Assembly: GCF_000315625.1 (NCBI RefSeq)
Contig: NW_005434554.1
Coordinates: forward strand, 61,297-125,241
Length of the DNA stretch: 63,945 bases
Direction: 5' to 3'
DNA from: Guillardia theta CCMP2712
Taxonomy: Eukaryota > Protista > Cryptophyta
In this document: one piece after another, positions 13,478 to 28,763 of the stretch
Numbering within the stretch: the first letter of the stretch is position 1
Layout of the letters: each line of letters starts with the position of its first letter
Notes under the pieces: model-generated
Seen by the model: the letters and a program-made list of their open reading frames with translations, nothing else
Databases searched by the model: none
Told to the model about the DNA's origin: nothing
Program-made: the position numbers and the translations under genes

Positions 13478-14132
13478 ATGTGGGCCGTCGAGAAGCCGTT
13501 CATGATGTTGGATGAAGCGGAGGATCCTGATGTGAGAGCAGATGCTTCTCCCCTTTGATCTTTCCTTCTCATCCTCGTCCTCTTTCGTCTCCCTTGCATG
13601 TCCTCCTTCTTTTCCTCTCCTCGTCCTCCCTGTTCGGATCTTCATCATTTCCGCTTCTTGACGTTCCTTGTTATCTTGTCGCTGATGCTCAGCCTATCCT
13701 ACTACGATGTTGTTTTATGATATGCTTACATGTGTTGTCTTGCTTCATCTTGGTTTCATTCTATCGTTCTCCTCTAATCGCTATTTCACTCATCTCAATC
13801 CCATGTTGCCCTACTTCTTATCTTGATTTCTGCCTTGTCTGTCGATTCGATGTGGATGCTCTTGATCGCTCTCATACATTCTTTGATCTTCAAATCTTTT
13901 CTCCTATTCGCTTCACTCATGCGCATCACGCAAACTTTTAATCTTTTTTGTACGTCAGGCTGTCGCTGCCGCTCTTGAGGCCTGCAGTGGAGAGCTGATT
14001 TCGCACAACACCACCCAGAACATCATCAACAACAAGGCGAACATTGACTACTGCATTGACAACTTCAACTACATCTCCAACCGCATCAGGTGCATCAAGG
14101 TCATGACGGGCGGCGGGCCCTTCCTCGCCTAA
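13478..14132 (+). CDS. Small two-exon protein (75 aa) of unknown function
   Basis: Exon 13478-13531, intron GTGAGA...TACGTCAG 13532-13958, exon 13959-14132 ending in TAA. The join is in frame and the codons are strongly C-ending. Confidence 0.65.
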
Positions 14133-14199
14133 GCCCAGGTCAAAGCTAATTGCTGCTCTCGGAGCATCGCGTGTGATCCGATGAATAAAGCCAAAGGTT

Positions 14200-17100
14200 T
14201 CAGACAGAGATCTTGCTGGAGAAGAGAGCGTTGGAGAGAGCTCGTAGAGCGTAGACCGATCGAAGCTCTGAGTCGAAGAAGGGAACTTGATTCAGCCATA
14301 TCTGCCAGTCAAGTTAGTGTAGTCGAGGAGGATAAAGGAGCAGGGACACCGGATGTGCATCGGGCTGCTCCAGCGGAGCGCTAGCGGACAAGTCCTCAAG
14401 CTCTTTGATGCACTTGGCCTGCCAACAGGTCACATGACCCCTCACGCTCCTCCTGCTGCTTAACCTGCGCCTTGACGATCCTCGCGACGGCCGCGGGGTC
14501 GCTGGCGTCCCCCAGCAGCTGGTTGACAACCAGGTTGTCGATCGCAACTCCGCGCTCCTTGAGCCCCTGACAGTCGATCTCAGTCGGGGGGCAATGGGGA
14601 GAGAGGAAGTGAGACCAGAGCAGAGGACAGCAGGGAAGGGAAGGGAAGGGAAGGGAAGGGAAGGGAATAAGAAAGAAGAGAGGACATGGGGAAAGCAGAG
14701 ACAGTATGTGGAAGGCAGAGAGCGTAGACAGGGAGGAACGAGAGCGACAAGTAGGAAAGGGAGAAGACCTGTACAAGCCTCTCGCTCTCAGCAAAGCTCA
14801 GGGCCGAAGCAATAGAAACGCCGACAAACTGAGTTCGGTCCTGAAATCTCGTCATCCTTCCAGTCAACTTCTGGAGCGCTGTTCTGTGACCTTGTCTGTA
14901 AGAAGTTTCCTGAGCTCCTCTGCTTCCTCCCTGTAGCGCTCGATCGCCCTAGCAGCGTCCTCGATGTCGTCCTGCTGCTCTCAGTCCCGTGCTGACGTCA
15001 TCAAGTCTCTCACCCTCGACTCATCCCCGCTCACGAAGCTTTTCAGACCAAACAAACTCTTCGCCGTGTTGATGGCGCCGTCCAGCCTCCGCTTCAACGC
15101 CAGCACCTGCTCATGGTCACTCCTCTCGGCCCGAAGCTCCATGCTCTCCCTCCCTCTTCACTCCCCCTTCTTCTCTCCCCCCTGCCTCTGCCCTCCACTT
15201 GCCTTCTGCAGGAAAGAGTCGAGGAATTCAGGGAAGGAGAGGAGGCGGAGCGTATGCCCCTGTCACGCTATCAGGAGGTGCAGGATGAAGAGGCAGGAAG
15301 ACCGTCGGGGCTGTGTCGACGATGACCCGGTCGAAGTTGGAGCTCTTCACCACCTGAAGAGACGATGAGAAGAAGAGAGGAGGGGAGAGAGCGAGGACGA
15401 GGAGAGAGGGAGAGAGAGAGAATGAGGACAAGAATCAAGAAGGATCTCCCGGCAGAGGAGATGAAGAGGAATGAGAGGGAGAGGTGAGGAGCGAGGAGAG
15501 GGGGGCAGGCAAGGGGCCTCTTCCTCAAGACCTGCAGCACTTTGGCGAGTGACACGATCTCGTCAATCCCTGTCGCTCCCATCAGACGTCACGGAGTTTG
15601 ACACCCTCATTCACCAGGTGGGGGAGTCTCGATGATGTCTGCAAACTCGTCCAGGCCCAACTGGAGACAGGATCGTTCAGCTGGGCAACAGACGAGAGAG
15701 TTTGCGGCACCTGGTTGGCGAGCTCGCCGAATCTGCTGCTGAAGCTGCAGAGAAGGGTTGAGGTGGACTACAGGTGGGGAGCTGCTGGGTCACCTGGTGA
15801 TGCCTCTCAGCTTCTCTTTGAAGTCTTCCACCGCCTGCTCCGTGTCAATCTCCATGGCGTAGAGGAGGCCGTTGGTCCCTTCCACCTGCGATGGTCTCAC
15901 TGGCTGGAAGCAAGGATGGTGCGAGGAGGAGCAAGTGGAGGAAGAGCTGGACAAAGGAGGGGTGTGTATGCCAAGAAGGAGCAGAGGAGGAGAGGAGGAG
16001 AGGAGGAGGACAGGTAAGTCAAAGAAGGGAGACAAGGGCACAAGCAGGAGTGGAGCAAGACGGGCTGGAGGGTGTGGGAGGGACATACGGGGGTTGGCTG
16101 CCCAGAAAGCTTCACGTCAAGGCAGTCGCCGAGGGAATGGGCAGGATCAGTGGAAACAATCAGAGTCTTCATGTTGAGGTCTGCCTGTAAGGGGATTGAA
16201 TCATTACATGGATCACTCCTGCTGCTGCTGCTGCTGCTGCTGAACATCGCCACCGCCACATCCTTCATGACCACGACTTGCTGATCGTGCCTTTTCCACC
16301 TCATATTTTCATTCTCGTGTCCATCAACCCCTCCCTCCTCCTCCTCACCATCCACTTACAAGTTGGACTGCAAGAGCAGAGCTGGTGCTGGTCTTTCCGA
16401 CTCCTCCTTTTCCGCCGACGAAGACGAACTGTTTGTATCCTCAACTGAAGATACCTGACTCCTCCTCCGATCACCTGCCCTCTTGCCGAAGGATCGAAGA
16501 GCTTGCCGTAGCGGTCGAGAGACACTTTGTTCGGAGAGAATGCAACATTTGCAAGAGCGCGCAGGCCATAAACACCGACAATCTGCAGAGAAGAGGAGGA
16601 GAAAGATGAGATCAATGAAAAGATTGAAGAGAAGGAGGCGGAGAAGGAGGAGAAGTAGGAGGAGAAGGTGAAGGCGGAGGTTGAGATGGAAGAGGTGGTG
16701 GAGGAGGTGGTGGAGGAGAAGTAGCTGTAGTAGTAATAGGAGGAGGAAGAGGAGGTAGTGGTGGAGGTGGAGATGGAAGTGGTGGAGGTAGTGGTGGAGA
16801 TGGTGGAGGAGGGGTTGTTGACACTGGCGTTTCGCTGGTGTTGGTAGAGGAGGAGCAGAGGAAAGAGTCAACACACGACAACCTCAGTGTCGAAGAGAGG
16901 AACTTCAGTGATTTGCAGAGGTCCAGTATGCGGAGACTGCCTGATCCTGCCGCTCTTGTCACCCTCCCTTCCCTTCACAGCTCAGCATTCACTTCTCAAG
17001 GATCGCATGCTGCTCCTTCTTTCTCCTCTGTCAGGCACTCCAAGTCAGCCCCCCTCCCCCCNNNNNNNNNNNNNNNNNNNNNNNNNNNNNNNNNNNNNNN

Positions 17101-18057
17101 NNNNNNNNNNNNNNNNNNNNNNNNNNNNNNNNNNNNNNNNNNNNNNNNNNNNNNNNNNNNNNNNNNNNNNNNNNNNNNNNNNNNNNNNNNNNNNNNNNNN
17201 NNNNNNNNNNNNNNNNNNNNNNNNNNNNNNNNNNNNNNNNNNNNNNNNNNNNNNNNNCGCCGGTTACGTCCGTACGCCCTCCTCCTCCTCCCTCCTCCCC
17301 CTCCCCTCCCTCCCCCTCCCCCTCCCTCCCCCTCCCCCTCCCTCCCCCTCCCCCTCCCTCCCCCTCCCCCTCCCTCCCTCCCTCCCTCCTTCCTCCCCCT
17401 CCCCACCTGCCCCAGAGCTGTCTTGGCTTCCCCTTCCTCCACGAGCGAGATAATCTTGCTCAGCGCCACCAGCTCGTCTGCTCCTGGGGGAGGCACGTCG
17501 AAGATGTCCGTCATCTCCGACAGTCCCAGCTTTGACGCGATGCTGTCCACGTCCTCCGACCCCTTCAGGCTCTTGATGACGGCCTTGAACTCCTCTATCG
17601 CCTCCTTCAGGTCCACCTCGAGGGCATACAGGTTGCCTCCCTGCTCCGCCACGGGCGTGACCTTTCCCTTAGACAGATCCGTCATGAGTGCGTCCCCCAG
17701 CGAGTGCGCCGGGTCTGTGGAGATTACCAGCGTTCTCAGCCCCTCGTCCGCGAGCTTCACCGCCAATGCAGCGCTCGTGCTCGTCTTCCCCACTCCTCCC
17801 TTCCCACCCACAATGATGTACCTTCTCCCCTTGCTGTCCACCAGCCGCTGCAGGCTCTCCTCCTCCACTGCCATCCTCGTTGCAGTGAAGCGCTGGCGGG
17901 AAGCTGAAGGCAGACGACAGCTGATCGCCTTGCGCAGAGGCAGAGCAGATGCTGCATCGTTCCATCCCTTCCTGGCTATGAAAGGCTGAGCCGGAAGAAA
18001 ACCTTGAGCACCTACAAAGCAAGCAACCAAGCATAGAGCCTTCCCCAGGGCTATCAT
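14200..18057 (-). CDS. ArsA/GET3-family ATPase with two tandem ATPase domains and a bipartite plastid leader; multi-exon, contains a gap
   Basis: Two P-loops (IIVGGKGGVGKTS and VFVGGKGGVGKTS), two STDPAHSL motifs, DTAPT, VVNQ, and two VPxFDxE..VYxLRAL C-terminal motifs. Leader MIALGKALCLVACFVGAQG|F. Confidence 0.88.
17062..17257. other. Assembly gap (others at 2675-2774, 26895-27205 and 40494-40593)
   Basis: Runs of N, each flanked by low-complexity polypurine/polypyrimidine tracts. Confidence 0.99.
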
Positions 18058-18637
18058 CTACAGCGAACGTCAGACAAAGTGGATCGATGTTGTGGATCTT
18101 GTTTTCTCCAAACAAAGAGATGCAACTTCAATAATCCTTTCGCTCATTTCAGCTTATCCATTGATGCTTGTCAATAGTCCATCTGACACCACCTCCTTTC
18201 ATCCATTCTCTCCCGCACCTTCCACAATTTCATCTATCTGCTCCATCTCTTTCAATCCTTCTCAACACCTTGTCTCCTCTAGCTTGCACCTGCCCTTGTC
18301 TGTCTTCTGTATCATCTAGTCTACTGTTTGTCTTCTCTTGTCTTCTGTTTGTTGCTGTCTGCTGTCTCTTCTTCTTCTTCTTCTTCTTCTTGTTCTCTAT
18401 CTCTCCCAATCCTCGTCTTTCTGCTTCCCATGCCCATTCTCCCTCCATTTCCACATTCTCTTGAATTGAACACTTCTTTACAAGTAAGTATTAAGGTTTT
18501 ATTACCCCCCAATGATAGCAATTTACAGCGTCAACAAGGGGGTAGGTACATAACTTCTTTTTTCCTTTCGTTCATTTCGTTCATCCATTGAAATCCCTTA
18601 TACCCATCGACCGCCGTTACAGTTGTAACGGCTCTAA

Positions 18638-20984
18638 TCAAGCTGAGCGGCTGACGACACGACCGTACCCGGTGACCAGCGTCGGAGTCAGGCCGGCGTC
18701 GCTGTGATGCCGGCCAAGTACTTCCAAGTACGACGGTAGCGACGGTATGAGAGTCACTGATTGGAAGATGAGCGAATGATGAATGATTGGGCTCAGCAAG
18801 AAGCTTCTGAGAGAGAGGACGAGACTCGGAAGAGACTTCACAGAGAAGCTAAGCGATCCCGAAATAGCTGCGCTCCTCATCCCCCCAAGGAGGGTACGGG
18901 ACCACTCCTTCCTGCGTGAAGGCTTGACCGTAGGAGGGTCTCGAGCGGCAGGACTCCTGATCATGAGTCTGTGTGACAGTAAGGCTGGACTGCGACTCTT
19001 GCGATGGGTTACCGGCCACAGGAACTCGGCGCGATGCTTCGCTTTGAGGTACTCCCTCTGCGAGAGTTCGTCCTCCCCCACCTCCAGCTTCACGAAGATT
19101 TCCTCCTTGTCCCCATACTGCAGCACCCGGTGAGCCGCACACGCTCGCAGCTTCAGAGTCAGTCAGAGCTACCTCGCCGGTGTTGAGGATGGTGAAATAT
19201 CCCTTGTGCGACACGTCGTCCTGTTTCTTCTGGTTCCACATGGACTCTATGATCTTCACCGTCGTCTCCACCTGCTCAAGTCTCAGACGTCCAGCAGCAG
19301 CCTAGCATCATCTGCCTGCACAGTGTGCGTCCTGCAGTACACAACCCTGGCCGTGAGCTCGAGCATGTGCTGCAGTCGACACGTTCAGCAGAGCAAGCAG
19401 TCAGGTTGGGCCTGTACTGTCGGCAAGATCGGCTTCATGAAGAAGAGGTTGTCCATAGCAATGGTGACCACGTTGGAGTTCCGAGTGAAGTTCCTGGCGC
19501 ACACTATAGCGGCTCCTTCCATCCACTCCTGCGAGCCAGTCACTAGGTATCGCTGCTCCTGCAAGCAGCACAACCATGAGGTCTCCACCGAAGATGGTCC
19601 CGAGGCCGTTGAGGCTCCTAGGGAGAAAGTTCTTCCGCAAGCGCACCACGGTGTCTTCGATGTGCATGTACTCGATACCCTTCACCTTCTTGAACTAGAG
19701 GAGCAAGTCACTCTCCTGAGCGCTAGGGACCAGACAGGAAACCTCTAACTCCAACGGATCGATCGGGTGGCTGTCAAACGCGGCCTGCTCCCTAGCATAT
19801 CGCCGTGCAAGCTCAACCCTATGTTATCTGCACCATCAGTGTGGGAGGCTCGAGACTGGAAGGAACCTCTTCTTCGCGTACTCCTGTGACTTGATCTCCT
19901 CCTGCGTCTCCAGCACCAACTCCGGCACCTGACAGGAAGGTGAACCCACCCTCCCCTCCTCCCCGCACGCCCCAGCCCCCGCAGCCTCTCAACATGCAGT
20001 AGCCGATCTTCTCCTCACCGTCGACGGCTTTCCGTCAGGACCGAGGCTGACGAAAGTCGCGAAAGCTTCGTGCGTGTAGTACCAGTGGCGAGTTCTCATA
20101 TCCTTCTTCCTTCCGACCACCTGCAAGGGCAGCTGAGAACGACTTGTTGATTGATTTCGATATCTTCTAGCTCAATGCTAACACACAGATTGCTGGTGAT
20201 GTCCCAACAACCATGCTCTTCGCCTCTCTGATCTCAAAACGCGCCGTCTGCCCTCTCCACTCACCTGAACGCCCATGGCTGACGTCCAACGTTGATCACT
20301 CTGGCATCCATGTGCACCTGCTGAAGAGATGAGCGAGTGAACGAGCAAGGAGCGGGTCAGCACGAGGTCTCCATGGCAGATGGGGACGAGCAGCTCCAGC
20401 CGATCAAAGGCCAGCGTCTGGTCTGCGAGTCAGGGGAGGAGCAGCTGAGGGCAGCGTGAGACGTACTGGTGTCCGTTGGTGCTGCACATGCTTCATGGCA
20501 GCGGAGGCAGCGCAGAGATCCATCACTTTCAGGATTTCTCCTGCTCCCATGCGAATATGTCGTCCTCCTAACGTGGCTTGTCCGATCACTTCGCTCATGT
20601 ACGACCATGACTGTCTGCTCGTTCTCCTTTCCCTTGTCCCAGCCAGCAGCACTGTATGCCGGTTGGTGAGACGACGACAATGTATGACACTGCCTCCACA
20701 CTTTCTGACATCAGACCTCTCCTTATTGTTGCAATCACTCTCCTCATCTTCCAATCGAAGCTTCTGACTGAGCTTCGTTGCCGGTGCATGGATGTATACC
20801 GTGTACAGTTTGTTCTGTTTTCCTTCCCCTCCCAATCACGCATACATCTCGCTCTGCATGGACTTCTCTGCACCTCCTCCTCGTCTCTCTCCCTGCTCTC
20901 CATCTCTTCATCTCTTGCTCTCCATTATACCATACCTGAGCTCGTAGACAGCATCCGCATCCCAATCCGCCTTTGCGCCGCCAT
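18638..20984 (-). CDS. Hotdog-fold acyl-CoA thioesterase (two domains), putative mitochondrial presequence; 3' end approximate
   Basis: GEILKVMDLCAASAAMKH, FLPRSLNGLGTIFGGDLM, EWMEGAAIVCARNF..VVTIAMDNLFFMKPI. N-terminus MAAQRRIGMRMLSTSS. Confidence 0.8.
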
Positions 20985-21175
20985 GGTTGAACTCCTCCGG
21001 GTGTAGTCAGCCTCGAAACGTGTGGGGTAGGGTCCTGACCCCTATCATCAAAAATGCCATTCTCTCTACCCTACCTGACAAGGCTGTAATTGCCTATATT
21101 AGGGGGGTACTAATATATTTCAGTGGGGTAGATCCCAAATCCTGCGGGGGTGGGAGGGAACGGGGTGGATTCACG

Positions 21176-23509
<2,334 letters not shown>

Positions 23510-26500
23510 TGCTCCCATTCCAGACGGCCATGCTCAGGTGCCGACCAGGAGGAGACAGGTGCTTCTTGGACCTCGTCAACCTCTTTCCCATATGCAGCAG
23601 AACCCACAACTTCACAGGAGACTTCCACGAGCAATGGGGATACGGCCAGCCGGAGGTGTACAGGACGCGGCAGTGGAAGTATGCAGCCGTCAAGGCGTTC
23701 CTCGGAGCAGGGTTCCCGTGGGGAAACAGCCGGAAGGTCGTGAGGGCGGTTGGCAAGTTCAAGGCCATGATGTCGGGCGAGGAGGCTGCAGGAGGTCCGA
23801 GGGCGGGTGGAAGGGATGCGCACCTGGCTAGTGAGAGAGAGGAGGAGGATGTAGTGGACTTGCTGTACTGGGACATCCAGAACGTTGCGGAAGGGTTTCA
23901 CATGTACTTCCGGATGAAACTGAAGGATGTTTTCCACTATGAATGGCAGATGGCAGGAGGGAACCGGTTCCCGCTAGCCGGGCTAAAAGCGATCAAGTAC
24001 ATCCTGTGGAGGATGATAGGGAGGAGCAACATCTCAGAGGAAGGCTCCTCCAGCCTGAGGATTCAGCTGCTGTCGTTGGCGAGCAAGGACATCGTGAATG
24101 AAGATCACTTCCTGCGAGTGATCAACCGGATGAAGCTGCTGCTGACGCAACTGAAGCGGCTCGACCCTGCTGCCTCCGTGGCCATGCACGAACAGAAGCT
24201 GTCCAGCGAGCTCAGGCTCCGCTGCATCCAGTCACCCTGCAAGGGTCTCAACTTGTTCGAGGAGGTGCTCAGTCCTAACTGCTCCATGGAAGAGATCTTG
24301 GCAGTTGCGCTATACCTCGAGCACGCACAAGCGCTTCCAAACTTGTTACAGAGTTGCTCCTCCTTGTCTCCGGTCTACCATCCACCCCCTCAGAATGGGC
24401 AGGGTGGGCGCCAGAACTTTCAAGGTGGAGCAGCAGGAGGACAATCGCAGAGTTTTCAACCGGGCGGAATGCTTCCAGACGGTAGGGATGATCCTTTATC
24501 GCACCAGAACTCCCCTGGTGCCCAACGTCGCTTTACTCCAGCATGGAGGTCAGGGAGTGGCAGGCAGCACAACCAACCTTATGCGCACTCTACGTCCGAC
24601 GGTCAGCCTGGCAGCAGCAGGAGCCTTCCGTTGGAGATGCTCGTCAAGTCGTCGCAAGACAAGATGCGAACGATCATGGATCAGTTGCAGAGACTGAGAG
24701 GCTCTCGGGTGCAGGCGCAGACCAGTGAGGTGGTAGCTCCTTTTCCTCGCACCCCGGTTGTGAGGCCCAGCGGCGGTCAGGAGAGCCAAGGAGCGATCGG
24801 CGGGGTCATGTTGCCGAGGGCTGACGTCACGTTCGGTGTTGACAGCGACTTGACATTCGAGAAGATGAATCAGCTGAAGCAGGAGCTGGAGAACGAGTTG
24901 GAGGACGGGACCGGCGAGACTCAATTCTTCCTCGCTGATTTACGTTCAAATTTCTCAATGGTGGGCTATGCAGGGCTGCTGACCGACGTCGAGTTTGCCG
25001 ACAAGCCTCTGACTGTCCAGACAGCAGCGGGGATGATCAGATGCGACAAGTTCGGCACTTTGACGATCAACCTGACGCGCGAGGGAGACAACTGCGGGTG
25101 CCTTGAGCTCAAGGAAGTCTGGGTGTGTGAGCGCCTCGAGTTGCCGATGGTGTCGGTGGAGTCGCTGGTGAAGGACCAACTTCACGTGCGCTGGTTCGGG
25201 GCCAACAGGTCGAGGCTGCTTTGCATGTGCACGGAAGACGGGAGGGTCAAGATCGCTCTGAATCCGAGGAATGCCGCGTACTTGCTGAGGGCGAAGGTGG
25301 GGCGCGACAACTGGCTGGAGCTTGAGGTCATGCCGCGTACCACTCAGTCCATGGAGCCGGCACAGTCCGCTCACTCCTCTCAGTCGATGCAGTTGACGGT
25401 GTACGACTCGCCGAACTCCTGGAGAGGACCCGATGGAGAGGGGAAGGTACTGATTCAGACACGTACCTTTGGCACTGCCGACTCGGGCATGTGGACAGCT
25501 CAGTACAGGCGAGGCTGGCCAGGAGCGTCAGTTGTGTAGTTTTCGATCCCTCAGACGCGCTCGTCCCTTGCAACACCTGCGAACTTGTCCCGAGCGAGTC
25601 GGGGCCCTCGCAAGTCTCGGCGCTGCCGCAGCAGGAAGCCTCGAGGCCCAACGAGTGCTGGGCCCTGGAGCTGGAGGAGCAGGATGGCTCCTGGGGCAGG
25701 TGGAGTTGCCGATTCTTGCTGACGGTGGTGGACGTGTTCTCCGGCTATGTGCAAGTGCGGACGATGGGGGCTCTGAGAGAGACGGCAGGCGTGCTGTCGA
25801 AGATGCTGGAGAGCCAGGCGAGGGGGCAGAGGGGGCCAGTGCGGAGGCTCATCTATGACAGGAGCAACGAGCTGTTGTACCGGGAGCTGACTTACCTGCC
25901 CCACCGCCACAACGTGACGTGGCAGGCGGTCGGGGTCGAGCGCATGGAGCGATCGGGGGCGTGGGAGGCGTGGGAGGCGTTGAAAGTGATGAGCGAGCGG
26001 ATGATGCAGGAGAGTCAGGTGCCAGGAGACATGTGGGTTTATTCCTGGATGTATGCCTCCCTCCTCCACAATATCCTCCCGCGTCCCCAGGACGATCAGA
26101 CGCCGCACTTGCTCTACCACAGGACCATGTTTCAGGACCACAACGAACTCATGGTGTTCGGCTGTGCCGTGGTGAACGAAGGGCCCTCCTCCTCCTCCCA
26201 TTCCTACTCCTGCTCCTACACTACTGGTGTCTTCCTCGGACTTGAACTCGATGAGCTGGGAAGGTTCAACAATTATATCGTGTTGGACCTGGAGACGGAC
26301 GAGATCCAGTGGATGACGGAGGCAACTTTCGACGAGTGGATTTACCCCATGATGAGCGACGAGAGCATGTCGGATGCTCCCTCCAACTATGAGCAGGATT
26401 ATAGCACAGAAGCAGACGATGGAGGCCTTGACAGCGACTGGGGAGGGAGGCAGAGGAAGAGGAGGTATGATGAGATCAGTGGGTGGTATCCGGAGCCATA

Positions 26501-26744
26501 TGACGGAGGGAATTATACTTACGGGGGACATCGGGGGTGGTATGGATGGCAATGATGATGATGAGGAGGAGGAAGAGGAGGAGAAAAAGGAGGAGGAGAA
26601 GAGAGGGGAGAAAAGGGAGGAGGAGGAGGAGGAGGAGAATTTTGTTATTTGTAAAACACAGGCTTCATTTCAAACCAGTTATTATCGTTTCCACGTCCCC
26701 CCGCCACCTCCTCCCGTCTCCTCATGAAGAGCCCCCAGCTCCCC

Positions 26745-28719
26745 TCATTCAGCCTCTTCCTCTTCCTCCGCTTCCTCAGCTTCCTCGTCCTCCTCCTTTT
26801 CCTCCTTTTTCTTCTTTCCCCCTCGCAGCGCTCTCCTCCTCCTCTCGATCGGACACTCGTTCGGCTCCAGCGGGCCGCGGGCAGGAGACCTCGANNNNNN
26901 NNNNNNNNNNNNNNNNNNNNNNNNNNNNNNNNNNNNNNNNNNNNNNNNNNNNNNNNNNNNNNNNNNNNNNNNNNNNNNNNNNNNNNNNNNNNNNNNNNNN
27001 NNNNNNNNNNNNNNNNNNNNNNNNNNNNNNNNNNNNNNNNNNNNNNNNNNNNNNNNNNNNNNNNNNNNNNNNNNNNNNNNNNNNNNNNNNNNNNNNNNNN
27101 NNNNNNNNNNNNNNNNNNNNNNNNNNNNNNNNNNNNNNNNNNNNNNNNNNNNNNNNNNNNNNNNNNNNNNNNNNNNNNNNNNNNNNNNNNNNNNNNNNNN
27201 NNNNNGGAGAGGGAGAGGGAGAGGGAGAGGGAGAGGGAGAGGGAGAGGGAGAGGGAGCACGAGCAACTGAGGAAGAAGAGAGGGAGGAAAAAGGAGGAGC
27301 AGAGGCCAGGGCAGGGGCAGGAGGAGTGATGGATGCTACAAGAGCCACAGGAAGCATCTTGTGCTCGCGATGTACCGGAAGACGTGCGTGTCAACAGCAA
27401 AGTCCGGGCGCTTGAGATGGAAGAGGAGGACGCAGCTGCTGGGAAAATGAGAACTCGCGACAAGAGGAGAGAGGGCAGGACAAGACAAGCAACGAGCTGT
27501 GCGCGACCAGAGGAGCAGCGGAAGGTGAAGAGGAGAGGAGAGGAGAGGAGAGGAGCAGCGGAAGGTGAAGAGGAGAGGAGAGGAGAGCGGAAAGGTAGCA
27601 GAAGGCGACCTTGCTGTCTTGGGTCCGCAGCCTGGAAAGCTTGAGATCTCCTCCTTCACTTTCTCGCTCGAAGCCTCTCGAAGATGCTCAAGGCTGATCT
27701 GCAAGCAAGTCAGTAGAAGCGGGAAGATGAGCAGGTGCAGGTACAGAGAGCAGAGAGGAGGAAGAAAAGTGGAAATAGAGGTAGAGGTAGAGATAGAGGT
27801 AGAGGTAGAGGTAGAGGTAGAGGTAGAAGTAGAAGCAGAAGCAGAAGTAGAGGTAGAGGTAGAGGAGGTAGAGGTAGAGGTAGATGTAGATGTAGAGGGA
27901 AAGGGAGAGGTAAAGGGAGAGGTAGGAGCAGAAGCAGAAGTAGAGGAAGAGGTAGAAGTAGAAGTAGGAGAGCCACCTTGCCATAGTTGCGGAGGAGAGT
28001 AGAGCAGATTCTGTGAATGCGCTCTGCCTTGATCTTTGCCAGCCCACCCATACGTATGCCTAAATGATACTTGCCATGAGAACAGGAGAAAGAGGAGGTG
28101 GAGAGGGGAAGAGGAGGAGGAGGAGGAAAGGAGAGGATAAGGAGGGAGAGGAAGAAAGGGAGGACGAGGAGGACGAGGAGGGAGGAGGGAGGAGCAGACG
28201 AGGGGCAAGAGGAGGAGACTTACTTTCTTCGATGTCGGGGATGGGGGCAGCGTAAACATCTTCCCAGGTGGGGAACCTAGGAGCAGTCAGGACCAGAGGT
28301 CAGGAGGGAGAGAAAGAGAGGACGACAAGGATGAGGAGAAGGACGGAGGGAGGGATGAGGAGCAGGATGAAGAGAAGGAGAAGAACGGAGGACGAGGAAC
28401 GCAGAGCAGGACGTGGAGGGAGGAGGAGGAGGGGGTCGCAGTGTGGTGGTGGTGGCGGAGGAAAAGGAGGATCAGGAGGCAGCACTTGCTCTTCAACGAT
28501 GCGAAGCTTGCGGTCGAGTTCTTGGATGTGGTGTTCTGGGAGAGGATCGTGCCTGATGATGTTTCACATGCAGTCCTCTAGCCACCTTCCTCTTTCTTCC
28601 ATCAAACTTCTACTTCCTCCCCACCTCCCCCCCTTCCCTCAACTCCGCGTTCTCCCACTCCTTACCCATCCAACCCCGTTCCTTCCCCCCCTCCCCCCCC
28701 TTCCCTCCTCCTGCTCATT

Positions 28720-28763
<44 letters not shown>

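Noticed and set aside
13478-14132. Ejectisome/Reb-like or phycobiliprotein alpha identity for the small protein
   Set aside because: I see no recognisable motif match and no targeting leader, so it is left as unknown.
25551-26552. 333-aa antisense ORF over the integrase
   Set aside because: It looks like a shadow ORF of GC-rich coding sequence and has no motifs.
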